Shown here: positions 32,067 through 41,405 of the stretch, piece after piece
How positions within the stretch are numbered: position 1 is the first letter of the stretch
Layout of the letters: each line of letters starts with the position of its first letter
Assembly: GCA_000165345.1 (NCBI GenBank)
Contig: CM000430.1
Location: forward strand, 512,001-576,000
Reading direction: 5' to 3'
DNA: 64,000 nucleotides
Notes under the pieces: model-generated
What the model was told of the DNA's origin: nothing
Database searches by the model: none
The model's input: only the letters and a program-made list of their open reading frames with translations
Position numbers and translations under genes: made by a program

Positions 32067-33359
32067 ATGAGATCGAAAGGTAGTTCTATTAAAGAGAAAA
32101 ATTCCGAATATACACCCAAGGATGATGGTGTATTGCTTCCAGAGAAAAGAAGCTTATTTAAAATATCTGATAATGGCGTTACAGTCCCTAGATTGGAGTT
32201 GTTTTATGGGTATCTGAATATTCCATTGAGGTATATTTCACTTTTACTTCTTGCTTTGAAGGCAGTATGTGTAGTATTGTGTACAAGACTTAGTTTTAGA
32301 TTTCCTGCAAAAGATGGACGTAATTATATTCCTTCAGTGGCAGTTGTTTGTTCAGAATTTATCAAACTAACAGTCTCGTTAGCCATGATTTTTATTACAA
32401 CCGCAAAAAAAGATATTAGGGCTTTTCCAAAAGCACTATATTTGGAATTTGTGTCGGATAAGTTTGGTAACTTAATAGTTTTGATACCGGGGGTTCTATT
32501 CCTTTTCCAAAATAACTTACTATATATTTCATTGAAAAGGCTTCCTGCAGCTCTTTATCAGGTCATGTATCAGCTGAAAATTCTTACAACTACATATTTT
32601 AGCGTTCTAATTCTGAAGCGAAAACTTAGTTTAACTCGTTGGTTCGCATGTTTTTTGCTCATTTTTGGAGTTATAATGATCCCAAAGAAATCAAAACACT
32701 CTTCTACAGAGCGTACTTCGGGGTTATCAGAGTTTATCATTGGTCTTTTTGCTGCTTTTACTTCTTCATTTACATCTGGGCTAGGGGCCGTAGTGCTTGA
32801 AAAAGTACTTAAGGATACCGATGAACGCATTCACACAGGAAATGGTGAATTCCAGACTACAGTTTGGGGAAGAAATGTAATTCTTGCTTTAGTTGGAATA
32901 ATTGGGGGAGTTCCATTAGCCTACTTTAGCTCCAAGGACCAAATAGCACAGTATGGAGTTTTTCAGGGTTTCTCTCCGTTCGTATTGTTGGTTATATGTT
33001 TGAATGCAGGAACAGGTTTCGTAGTAGTTGCAGTTTTAAAATACGCAGATGGAATCTTAAAGTGCTTCTGTAATGCACTTTCAATTGTATTAATTACGCT
33101 AATATCATGGCTATTTTTGGGAGACACAAAAATGACTCCTAGATTCGCGTTTGCAGCAACTATTGTTGTTTGCGCAGTGACAATTTACTCTTTAGACAAA
33201 GTAATTCCTCGGAAGTTTTATTCAACGGAATTGTTTAGTTCTAAACTTTCATCTAATAATACCGATACCTTTGATTCAGCTGAGAAAACTGAACAATTTA
33301 AAGGTCTAGAGAAAGATCCAGAAAATTCACTCTTAATTCAGCGAGATACGAAGACTTAA
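32067..33359 (+). CDS. Nucleotide-sugar transporter of 430 aa, SLC35A/UDP-Gal/UDP-GlcNAc transporter family.
   Basis: It has about 10 TM segments and family-signature stretches: LFLFQNNLLYISL, YQLKILTTTYFSVLILKRKLSLTRWFACFLLIFGV (compare human SLC35A2 KILTTALFSVLML..LS..QWASLLLL), and LKYADGILKCF. Confidence 0.8.
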   Translation: MRSKGSSIKEKNSEYTPKDDGVLLPEKRSLFKISDNGVTVPRLELFYGYLNIPLRYISLLLLALKAVCVVLCTRLSFRFPAKDGRNYIPSVAVVCSEFIKLTVSLAMIFITTAKKDIRAFPKALYLEFVSDKFGNLIVLIPGVLFLFQNNLLYISLKRLPAALYQVMYQLKILTTTYFSVLILKRKLSLTRWFACFLLIFGVIMIPKKSKHSSTERTSGLSEFIIGLFAAFTSSFTSGLGAVVLEKVLKDTDERIHTGNGEFQTTVWGRNVILALVGIIGGVPLAYFSSKDQIAQYGVFQGFSPFVLLVICLNAGTGFVVVAVLKYADGILKCFCNALSIVLITLISWLFLGDTKMTPRFAFAATIVVCAVTIYSLDKVIPRKFYSTELFSSKLSSNNTDTFDSAEKTEQFKGLEKDPENSLLIQRDTKT

Positions 33360-33893
33360 ATATTTGACGGCCACTTACTTTCGTATATTTTTGACATTTT
33401 TCCAAGCCTAAATTATTAATATATGTATTTTTGTGAGATCGTAATGCCTAAAAACTACTTATTAGTAATTTGATAAGTTTCGTGATAATTTACGAATAAT
33501 TCATGCGTAATTAACATTGATGTTTGTAATTATTAAATAAGTCCTAGGCTCTACTGAAAGTATCTCTTATAAAAATTGATATATTTTCAAGTATTATTTT
33601 TCTCTTTAGAAAAATTCGATCTAGAATCCTGTGATTAATTGCTCAGATTCGTTTTGAATGCGCAATGATTTTAGTATAAACTATTTCGAAGAATATTTAA
33701 GTTGTAGTATTAAGATGTAACCTATCTACTTTATTAGCGCGTTAGTTGGAAATTCGAGTTGATTATTTTATGGTGCTTTAATTGGCGCAATAATGCGGCC
33801 TCGATGTGGGTAGTCTCATTTGAAGGTAACTAGATTTTACGTACAGGAATGGATAGAATTGGTGGACAAGTTGGGCCATCTTGAAGCTTTAGA

Positions 33894-35138
33894 ATGAAGG
33901 TTGAACAAAATGTGATAACAACTGAAGCAACCCGATTGCTAGAATGCGAAGCATTCAAAGAGAGAAAAATGTTTGAAATTTACTATTCCAACGGCCTTTA
34001 TTATTTGGCAATTTTCAAGGGAAGATATAACATTCAAATGAGATTTCTCACTCTAATTTTAATGTCGGTTCAGTGTATTTGCGTTGTATTATGCATGAAG
34101 TTGAGCGTTACTTATCCAGCAAGCGATGGAAAACAATACTTAACTCCAGTTGCTGTAGTTATGGTCGAAATTTTGAAATTACTTACTTCTCTGTTCATGA
34201 TTTTCCAGATTTCTGGTGGAAATTCGTTCAAGGAGTTTATTTATGCTTTAAAGTGCGAGTTTCTACATGATGTACGAGGAAATCTTCTAGTAGTTGTTCC
34301 AGGAATTTTATTCTTGTTCCAAAACAACCTTACATATATTGCAATTGAGAATCTCCCTGCTTCTATATACCAAGTAACTGCACAATTAAAGGTACTTACT
34401 ACTGCATTGTTCAGCGTTGTATTATTAAAAAGAAGTCTTAGCACTACTAGATGGTTTGCTTGTTTTTTGCTATTTGTTGGAGTATTATTGGTCCAAAAAA
34501 CCAATATTAGAAATAAAGGGAGTATTAATTCTTTCCAGCTCATGATTGGCTTTTTAGCATCAGTCACGTGCTCTATCACATCTGGTCTTGGATCTGTAAT
34601 TATCGAAAAGGTAGTAAAAGACCCGGATGACTCTAAGATTGTCTCTTCTGATATCGAAAACTCTACAAAACTAGATAATCTAATTGATGAAAGACCTAAC
34701 GATAGAGTTCAATATAAGTCTTCAGTTTGGGGTAGAAACGTCATTCTATCCCTTATTGGAATATTTGGAGGCACTCCTATCGCTTGGATTACATGTAAAG
34801 AAAAAATAATCAGAGATGGAGTTTTCCAGGGTTTCTCTTGGCTAACTATTTTAGTTATTTTTCTGAATGCGTACGGAGGTTTCATTGTAGTCGGCGTTCT
34901 TAAATACTCGGACAGTATTATGAAATGTTTTTTCAATGCTTTAACTATCGTTATCATTACCATATTGTCTTGGGCATTTATGGGTGATAATACGCCTTCG
35001 ATCAAGTTCTTCATTGCATCCACGATCGTAATTATAGCTATAAGCGTATACACTTTTAATAAAGTTTTCCCAGATTCGTTCTACACAAAGTTTTCAAGGC
35101 TCTTTAAATTCAAGAATAGAAATACAGAATCTCATTAA
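33894..35138 (+). CDS. Second nucleotide-sugar transporter of 414 aa, a tandem paralogue of the upstream gene.
   Basis: It shares the same signatures (LFLFQNNLTYIAI, AQLKVLTTALFSVVLLKRSLSTTRWFACFLLFVGV, LKYSDSIMKCF). I estimate ~50-55% identity to the neighbour. It carries an extra acidic loop (DPDDSKIVSSDIENSTKLDNLIDERPND). Confidence 0.8.
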   Translation: MKVEQNVITTEATRLLECEAFKERKMFEIYYSNGLYYLAIFKGRYNIQMRFLTLILMSVQCICVVLCMKLSVTYPASDGKQYLTPVAVVMVEILKLLTSLFMIFQISGGNSFKEFIYALKCEFLHDVRGNLLVVVPGILFLFQNNLTYIAIENLPASIYQVTAQLKVLTTALFSVVLLKRSLSTTRWFACFLLFVGVLLVQKTNIRNKGSINSFQLMIGFLASVTCSITSGLGSVIIEKVVKDPDDSKIVSSDIENSTKLDNLIDERPNDRVQYKSSVWGRNVILSLIGIFGGTPIAWITCKEKIIRDGVFQGFSWLTILVIFLNAYGGFIVVGVLKYSDSIMKCFFNALTIVIITILSWAFMGDNTPSIKFFIASTIVIIAISVYTFNKVFPDSFYTKFSRLFKFKNRNTESH

Positions 35139-35347
35139 CAGTTTTTCTTCGAATTTTCAATTATTCACATGTCTATTGCATTATTGCTAAAAGTGAAATA
35201 GTAAAACTTCTATCGAGACCTAGATGTTAATTTCATAAAACTTATAGTAATTGCCTATTTTTATGAATAATCTCACGTAAATATGAGAATAGACAACTTT
35301 TTTACAAAACAAATACGGAATTGATTAATTTAGTTTAACTAGGGCTT

Positions 35348-38300
35348 TTACGTCCCAACATTTTCGTTGAGAGAGGATTCGGTTCTATTGGATGTAGTCT
35401 TCGAGGGATTAGGAGCCTTAATTTGCTCAAAATCTCTAAATTTGAAAATCACGGTTCTCAATGCTATGGAAATGATGACATTAAGCATTAAGAAAAAAAC
35501 ACACCAAAAGGTAAGTTCAATTTTCCAAAATTTAGGGAAAATATTGTTATTGTATTGCCCGTAAAATGGTGAAGAAAGTTTAATCCAGTTATCTGGGAGC
35601 GATCTTGAAGTTTGATCGTCACAGTTAATTCTCAGAATACAACCTAATCGAGACGGCTCCATCCAGATGCAAAACAAAATGAAAAAATTCATAGTAATAT
35701 TCCATATAATTAGAAGAATATTGGTTTTCATTGGAATAAGAGAAGATGAACGTAGCCAAATTGGCCATACTTGGTTGACTAATTGGAAAGAAATGTAACA
35801 CCAGGACGAAGCGGCTTCAATATTATCTTGTCTAATGTGCCAAAGGTAAACCGGAATAGTTAAATTGTACCTGAAACAACGTTCGATTCCATGCTTTGGG
35901 AGAACGAAGTGAACTAGTCTGTTAGAAATGACAAAAAAACCTAGTAAAGAAATGAGCAGAGATAGAAAACTTGCAGTATAAAAAGTGTGGAATCCAACAT
36001 GGCTCTTAATGTTATATATCTGTTTATTAATCAGTGCTGATGGGCTTTCATTGTCAACCAATAACATATATTTATCGGAATTCACATCAATAGCATAAGT
36101 ATTTAGGTTTTTAATTCTTGTATTGACGCAATCTGAGTTACAAGTCTCAGGATAATGGCTGCTCGTAATATCATGCGAAGGATGATTTATAGTCGTATTC
36201 ACATTCTTTATTTTATATTCTTTTGGTCTGGAAAATGAAAACAACAATAGTGGAAGTAAAGTACAAAAAATATCAATGAAAAGCCATGCCATAGCAGGTA
36301 TCATTGCTTGAGATTGCCATAAGAGAAAGGTTTTGCATGTAACGAAGAATATTCCAAGCAAAACTATATGTTGATACATTGATACAAATGCAAAAACAAC
36401 GCCTCGAGACTCTATTACTAGTCTACAAACAGAATGTAAACCATATGGGAAAATCTCTGAAATAAATGGAGCAACAAGGCCATTACATTTAATTGTTTCT
36501 GTTATTAAAAGACCTGAGTTTGCTTTCTGTAGTGCAATAATGTCATTTGGACCATCACCAACCATAAGTACAGTCATTCCTAGCCTTTCAAGTAGTTCAA
36601 CCGCCATAGATTTCAGTTCAGGAGTAAATCTGGCAAAAATGGCAGTATTATAAATGATTTTTGAAAATATAGATAATTCAATTAGCTCATCTGGAGCTTT
36701 GCGTTTGTAGCCAGCATACGTTTCCAAATTAAGGATATTAATAAATAGTTTGAAAGCATCCGATGATAGTGCAATTTGAAATTTATCTTGAATAATTTGT
36801 TGAGGTATAATGCCCGATAATGCACGAATTTTGTTTTTATTTTTCAAAGAAAATTTGACTTTTCTTTTTGAATTTTCAATTTCCCAAACTAAATTATTCT
36901 CCAGGTCAATGTAACAGGAAGCAAATCTATTAAAAATCATACCAAGTTCTTTTGCAACAACGATTGCTGAATTAATATTGTCTCCCGTAATAATAGGGCA
37001 GTGAAAATTACCATTCTTCAGCAGCTTGAGAACTAATTTTGCTTCTGGCCTTATAGGAGAATGTAGCTGGGCTAACCCAAGAGGAATAAAAGATGAGCTT
37101 AAGTGCTTATAGGAAAGAGTATTATTGCTAGAATTAGCTTGATCATTTACCACTTTATAACAGTATCCAAGGATGTATGAACCTGCGACTTGGTTCTCGA
37201 GTATATCATTAGACCAGTCTCTGAAACTAGTTCCATCACTACAATCGTCATAATTGGTTGTTAATTCCACAATCTTCTCTGCTGCACCTTTCATAAAGAG
37301 CATAGATGTAGAGCGAATACAATACAAGTTTGAAGAAAGTTCAGATTCAATCGAATACTTCTTTATAGCTACACTTTGAGATCTTAGTGTTTCATCAAAC
37401 GGATATCTTTTCGTTATCTCGACTGCATCACAAACAGCAGAAATATATTCAAGTGAATTTTTTGGGTAAACATTGTCAAGCTGTTGAATGTCAAAGCTTG
37501 CCCCGTAGTCTAAAATTAGATGAGATTCAAGTTCTATAACCCTCTCAAGGAAAGTCTTTCTATTACATAAGGGAATAATAAAAAGCCTTTCAGAGCTAAA
37601 AGTAAATACTTTATAGCCACAAAAACCTGAGTAGTTATACAAACATTGTTCTAGTTTAGACCCAGAAGGGCAGCTGAAGGAGTTCTTTCTTGTTAACTGT
37701 AGTGGCCCTGCCTTTTCAAATATTAAATTATTACATGTAGCCATTGCCAAATGCATTAGATGGTCTCTTGTATTATTTCTAATTGGGTAGATATGTACAT
37801 TATTAATTGAAAACGTAGGGACAGTTAAAGTACCTGTCTTATCAAAACATATTGTATCTACAAGGAGCAGCTGATTTAATTTTTTGGGATTTGTTGTTAG
37901 AATATGTTCACTGTTTAGATACTTGATTGCATTGTTAAAGTACAAAGACATGGAAGAAGTAGACCAAAAAGGAATGATATAAATTATCGTCGAAACAATG
38001 AAAAATATCGAGCCGATCTCAAAAGATAAAGTATATGAATCGGTTAAAGCAATAAAAGTTCCGTATATGAAACACAAAATCCAAAGAGGTTCTGGAGTAA
38101 AATTCCAATTTCTTTTAATGCTTTTGTAAAGATCGCAATGCCTACCTAATGATGAGATTGATTCTGAAGTAAAGTCACGTCTTGAGTTCGATGTTAAGAG
38201 AGGAGGCAATCCTTCAGTAAATCCATGTTCGTCATTGGCGTTAGAATGGCCTGAGGTAAATGTTCCATGAAGTGTAGCTGATCCTGTTCTTGTTACCATA

Positions 38301-39652
38301 GCTAGCGTTATGCCAGTTGATGAAACTTCCAAAACTTGGCTGCCAGCATAAAGATGCCTAGAATTAGATAGCACGTCGCAGGCTAAGGAAAATTCAGAGG
38401 GAGCAATTTGAATTCCACCTGTCTTACATTGTGGAGTCGCTTCACCAGTAAGACATGATTCATCTACCACAACATTCCCATTAAGCAGTAATAAGTCAGC
38501 AGGGATCCGCATGGCCTTGTCTATGAAAATGACTGTACCAGGAAAAAGTTCTTTTGACAAAACAAAGGAGCTACCGGCATTTGAATATGAATGGGGCTTG
38601 TATGGCCCTGTAAGATATCTATAAATATCCCAGTCATGTTGAGTAAGCACTTTTTCTGTTTCAATATAATTACGTCTGGACTTAATAATTGACCAAGAAA
38701 TTGTATAAAATGTAATTATGGACCAACAAAGAGGCCAGACAATAAATGAATAAAAAAGCGCATCTAATAATGTCATAATACGAATAATGTTTAAAACTGA
38801 GGTAAACTCAGAAAAAATGAGTTTCCATAGTGAAAGAGGGTATGAGCCTAAGCTGTTAGTTCCAACAAATTCAAGAATTTTATCTTTATCATGGTTTCCA
38901 AAGGATTCAATAACTTGGTCCCTTACCTTTAGAAAGTCGGTATTTTCTACAGGAAAACTTTCAGCGGCTTTTCTGGACAAAATTTCTCTGGACCAAGTGA
39001 ATTCATTTTCATACCACCAGTATTTCTCTCTACGGTATTCAAAGTATCTATCAGTCTCTGTACCAAAAAAGTTGATTGGCTCGCTTCTTTTAATGATACG
39101 ACAGAGCTTAGTAACTGGAAATTTTTCCAAAACACGAATATAATAATTACCAAATAATTTGCACCATATGTTATTTTTTGAAAATCTACAAGATCCTGGG
39201 AAGCTGATAGAGATAAATTCGCAGTCAGAAAGATCCTCAGGTACTAGGAATATTTGTTCAAAAGATCCATATTTTGCTTTCAGTAATTTTAAAAAGACAA
39301 TACAAAATATAACAGTCAATAAACTTCTAGCATAAATTTTCACAGCTTCATGCCAATTAAACGAAGACTCAAATGTTTGTGTATACGATTTGTAAAACAT
39401 AATTGCTACTACAGAAACATGAAAAACGAATGGGTAAAAAATCAAAAAAAATATCTCAATTTGTCTGAGGAATTCTCCAAAAAAAGATTTTTTTAAACCA
39501 ACTATTTGGAATAACCCTGTTTTACCTTTGTTTACATGCTTTGTTCTAATTTGATAACAAATAGCCAACATTAAGTGAAACAACAAAACAGTTGAAATGA
39601 TAAAAAATCCACATTTTTGTAGATATAGTAACCACTCAAAGATATTATCCAT
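35348..39652 (-). CDS. P-type ATPase of 1434 aa, most like P5-type (ATP13A/Spf1-like).
   Basis: It has the phosphorylation motif ICFDKTGTLT (the CFDKTGTLT form typical of P5), LLLLNGNVVVDESCLTGEATPQ (P5-like A-domain region, but TGEA rather than TGES), the hinge motif MVGDGPNDIIALQKANSGL, and extra N-terminal TM helices. Confidence 0.75.
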   Translation of the reverse strand: MDNIFEWLLYLQKCGFFIISTVLLFHLMLAICYQIRTKHVNKGKTGLFQIVGLKKSFFGEFLRQIEIFFLIFYPFVFHVSVVAIMFYKSYTQTFESSFNWHEAVKIYARSLLTVIFCIVFLKLLKAKYGSFEQIFLVPEDLSDCEFISISFPGSCRFSKNNIWCKLFGNYYIRVLEKFPVTKLCRIIKRSEPINFFGTETDRYFEYRREKYWWYENEFTWSREILSRKAAESFPVENTDFLKVRDQVIESFGNHDKDKILEFVGTNSLGSYPLSLWKLIFSEFTSVLNIIRIMTLLDALFYSFIVWPLCWSIITFYTISWSIIKSRRNYIETEKVLTQHDWDIYRYLTGPYKPHSYSNAGSSFVLSKELFPGTVIFIDKAMRIPADLLLLNGNVVVDESCLTGEATPQCKTGGIQIAPSEFSLACDVLSNSRHLYAGSQVLEVSSTGITLAMVTRTGSATLHGTFTSGHSNANDEHGFTEGLPPLLTSNSRRDFTSESISSLGRHCDLYKSIKRNWNFTPEPLWILCFIYGTFIALTDSYTLSFEIGSIFFIVSTIIYIIPFWSTSSMSLYFNNAIKYLNSEHILTTNPKKLNQLLLVDTICFDKTGTLTVPTFSINNVHIYPIRNNTRDHLMHLAMATCNNLIFEKAGPLQLTRKNSFSCPSGSKLEQCLYNYSGFCGYKVFTFSSERLFIIPLCNRKTFLERVIELESHLILDYGASFDIQQLDNVYPKNSLEYISAVCDAVEITKRYPFDETLRSQSVAIKKYSIESELSSNLYCIRSTSMLFMKGAAEKIVELTTNYDDCSDGTSFRDWSNDILENQVAGSYILGYCYKVVNDQANSSNNTLSYKHLSSSFIPLGLAQLHSPIRPEAKLVLKLLKNGNFHCPIITGDNINSAIVVAKELGMIFNRFASCYIDLENNLVWEIENSKRKVKFSLKNKNKIRALSGIIPQQIIQDKFQIALSSDAFKLFINILNLETYAGYKRKAPDELIELSIFSKIIYNTAIFARFTPELKSMAVELLERLGMTVLMVGDGPNDIIALQKANSGLLITETIKCNGLVAPFISEIFPYGLHSVCRLVIESRGVVFAFVSMYQHIVLLGIFFVTCKTFLLWQSQAMIPAMAWLFIDIFCTLLPLLLFSFSRPKEYKIKNVNTTINHPSHDITSSHYPETCNSDCVNTRIKNLNTYAIDVNSDKYMLLVDNESPSALINKQIYNIKSHVGFHTFYTASFLSLLISLLGFFVISNRLVHFVLPKHGIERCFRYNLTIPVYLWHIRQDNIEAASSWCYISFQLVNQVWPIWLRSSSLIPMKTNILLIIWNITMNFFILFCIWMEPSRLGCILRINCDDQTSRSLPDNWIKLSSPFYGQYNNNIFPKFWKIELTFWCVFFLMLNVIISIALRTVIFKFRDFEQIKAPNPSKTTSNRTESSLNENVGT

Positions 39653-39958
39653 TTGTTATAAAACTACTCCCATAGTTAAAATATCTTGAAGGGGTTTTTG
39701 AACTTATACTATGTCTTAAGTAGTGTAAGCCGTTTCCAATAATTGAATAAAACTTGATATCGTTAAATAAAAAATAAGTATTCTTTAAAAATTATGGACA
39801 GAACTTTTTTTAAATAATAAAAGTATAATATTGAATATTAAAAAGTCAAAATTTCCATCTAATTTACTCTTAAGATGAATGATATTAATTAAAAGTTGTT
39901 CTAAATACAAGTATTTTCCAATTTGTATAAAAAATTGCGATTGCAACGATAATAAAGC

Positions 39959-39968
39959 TGGCGCCAAG
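39959..39968. promoter_or_regulatory. TGGCGCCAAG E2F-like palindrome in the divergent promoter between the ATPase gene and the bromodomain gene.
   Basis: Read directly from the sequence. Confidence 0.4.
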
Positions 39969-40240
39969 CTGCTTATCCATAAAAAATTATTAAATGTAAA
40001 TATTGATACATAAGTTACCAGTTTAATGCTATTTTAAGTAAAACTTTTACATATTTGTAATTCTAAAGGTTTTTCTAAAAGAAAATTTGGTTTCAGAGAT
40101 TTGTCTGGACAGCTATTTATGTATTCTCATAGATATTTGCGCAGCTAAATACATATTACTTAATTTAGGTTAAGTAAATTAGAATACCATCATATTTAAG
40201 ATCTAACTAGAAAGTGGTTTTCGAGTCTTCTACACTGATT

Positions 40241-40852
40241 ATGGAGGACTATTCACGCGAATATAGTGAAGTTTTATTACAGTTGAAAGAATTACAAGAT
40301 TCAGAGGCATTTTTAGAACCAGTAAATTGGAAGAAGCTAGGACTTGATGATTATCCGGATATTGTAAAAAATCCAATGGATTTAAAAACTATTGGAAAGA
40401 AAATTAAGGCGAACTTTTATACAAAAGCTGAACAATTCTGGGCAGATATAGATTTAATTTGGCACAATTGTCAACTTTATAATCACGAATCTTCGGAAGT
40501 TTACCAACAGAGTATTAGGATGCAGGATGCGGCGAATAATCTAAGAGATATGTTATTTCCCTCAATTTCTAAGAAAATTAACAAGAGAAAGTACGAGTAC
40601 GATTCTCATACTGAATCAGAAGATGAAGACTCATCAAATATCTTAAAAAAAACATTATTATGCCAGAGGATGTCTAGACTTTCTCCAGAGCTTCTCGCTT
40701 TAGTAGTTAGGCATATTTATTCTCAAGATCAACAAATAATTCAGCATAGTGGCGAACATAAATTTTCGATAGACATAGATTTCATGAACAACCAGTTATT
40801 CTCTACTACTTCAGCGCTCACTAAGAGACTCTTAAGATTGCAATTATCCTAA
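40241..40852 (+). CDS. BET-like bromodomain protein with a single bromodomain and a C-terminal ET-like domain, 203 aa. The ORF-track start at 40214 is a GTG; the first ATG is at 40241.
   Basis: The bromodomain signature is FLEPVNWKKLGLDDYPDIVKNPMDLKTI...FWADIDLIWHNCQLYNHESSEVY. The ET-like segment is LSPELLALVVRHIYSQDQQIIQHSGEHKFSIDIDFMNNQLF. Confidence 0.75.
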   Translation: MEDYSREYSEVLLQLKELQDSEAFLEPVNWKKLGLDDYPDIVKNPMDLKTIGKKIKANFYTKAEQFWADIDLIWHNCQLYNHESSEVYQQSIRMQDAANNLRDMLFPSISKKINKRKYEYDSHTESEDEDSSNILKKTLLCQRMSRLSPELLALVVRHIYSQDQQIIQHSGEHKFSIDIDFMNNQLFSTTSALTKRLLRLQLS

Positions 40853-41405
40853 TATCTAAAGATGCAGAGTTCAAATGAAAATATATGCCAGAAACAATTA
40901 TTTATAGAATTTGAAAACAATTGTTTTGCATTTGCATTAAGGGATTGCACTTTATCCTGTTTGAAATTCCATATACACAAACCTAATTTAGAAAAGAAAC
41001 AATTAATTAAAATCTTAGACATTTTTTTTTTATTTTTAGTTCAAACTTGACAACTGAGCCTGCTGATATTGCATTTTCAACTTGAATCCCCATTTTTAGT
41101 CGATCGGTTTGTATGAGTTTTCTCTCTCGAAAGCGGTATTGAACTAGACAGTGGCGCAATACTTGTGTTATGTTTAGCAAATACCAGAATGTTGAAAAGT
41201 TAGACGGGAGTAAACGTACACTTTCACAGAAATTAGTGTCAAAGATATAGGCAAACAAAAGAAATTTATTTGCGAGGGGCAAATGGCTCCAAATCTTGGG
41301 TGGGGTAAGGCTGGCTAGGAATTCTCAAATTATATTTCTGTAAATTTAGAAAAAAAAGCTTCAAAAAGTACAAATATCAGTTTTATATTCAAGTAATAGC
41401 TAGAA

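Noticed and set aside
33820-33893. GAAG|GTAACT ... CTTTAG|AATG upstream of the second transporter gene, as a possible 5'-UTR intron.
   Set aside because: The candidate intron is GC-rich and lacks the AT-rich character and GTAAGT consensus of the confirmed introns in this window. I have no supporting frame evidence.
40214-40240. The ORF-track starts at 40214 (bromodomain gene) and 24689 (giant minus gene).
   Set aside because: Both codons are GTG. The same applies to the TTG starts at 53251 and 63961. In a eukaryote the first in-frame ATG (40241 and 24662) is the sensible start, so I adjusted the coordinates.
40862-41282. Small ORFs 40862-41050 (+) and 41007-41282 (-) in the spacer between the bromodomain and coiled-coil genes.
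   Set aside because: They are short, overlap each other, and have no motifs or signal. The spacer is better read as promoter: it contains a G-rich patch and a GTGGCGCAA motif.
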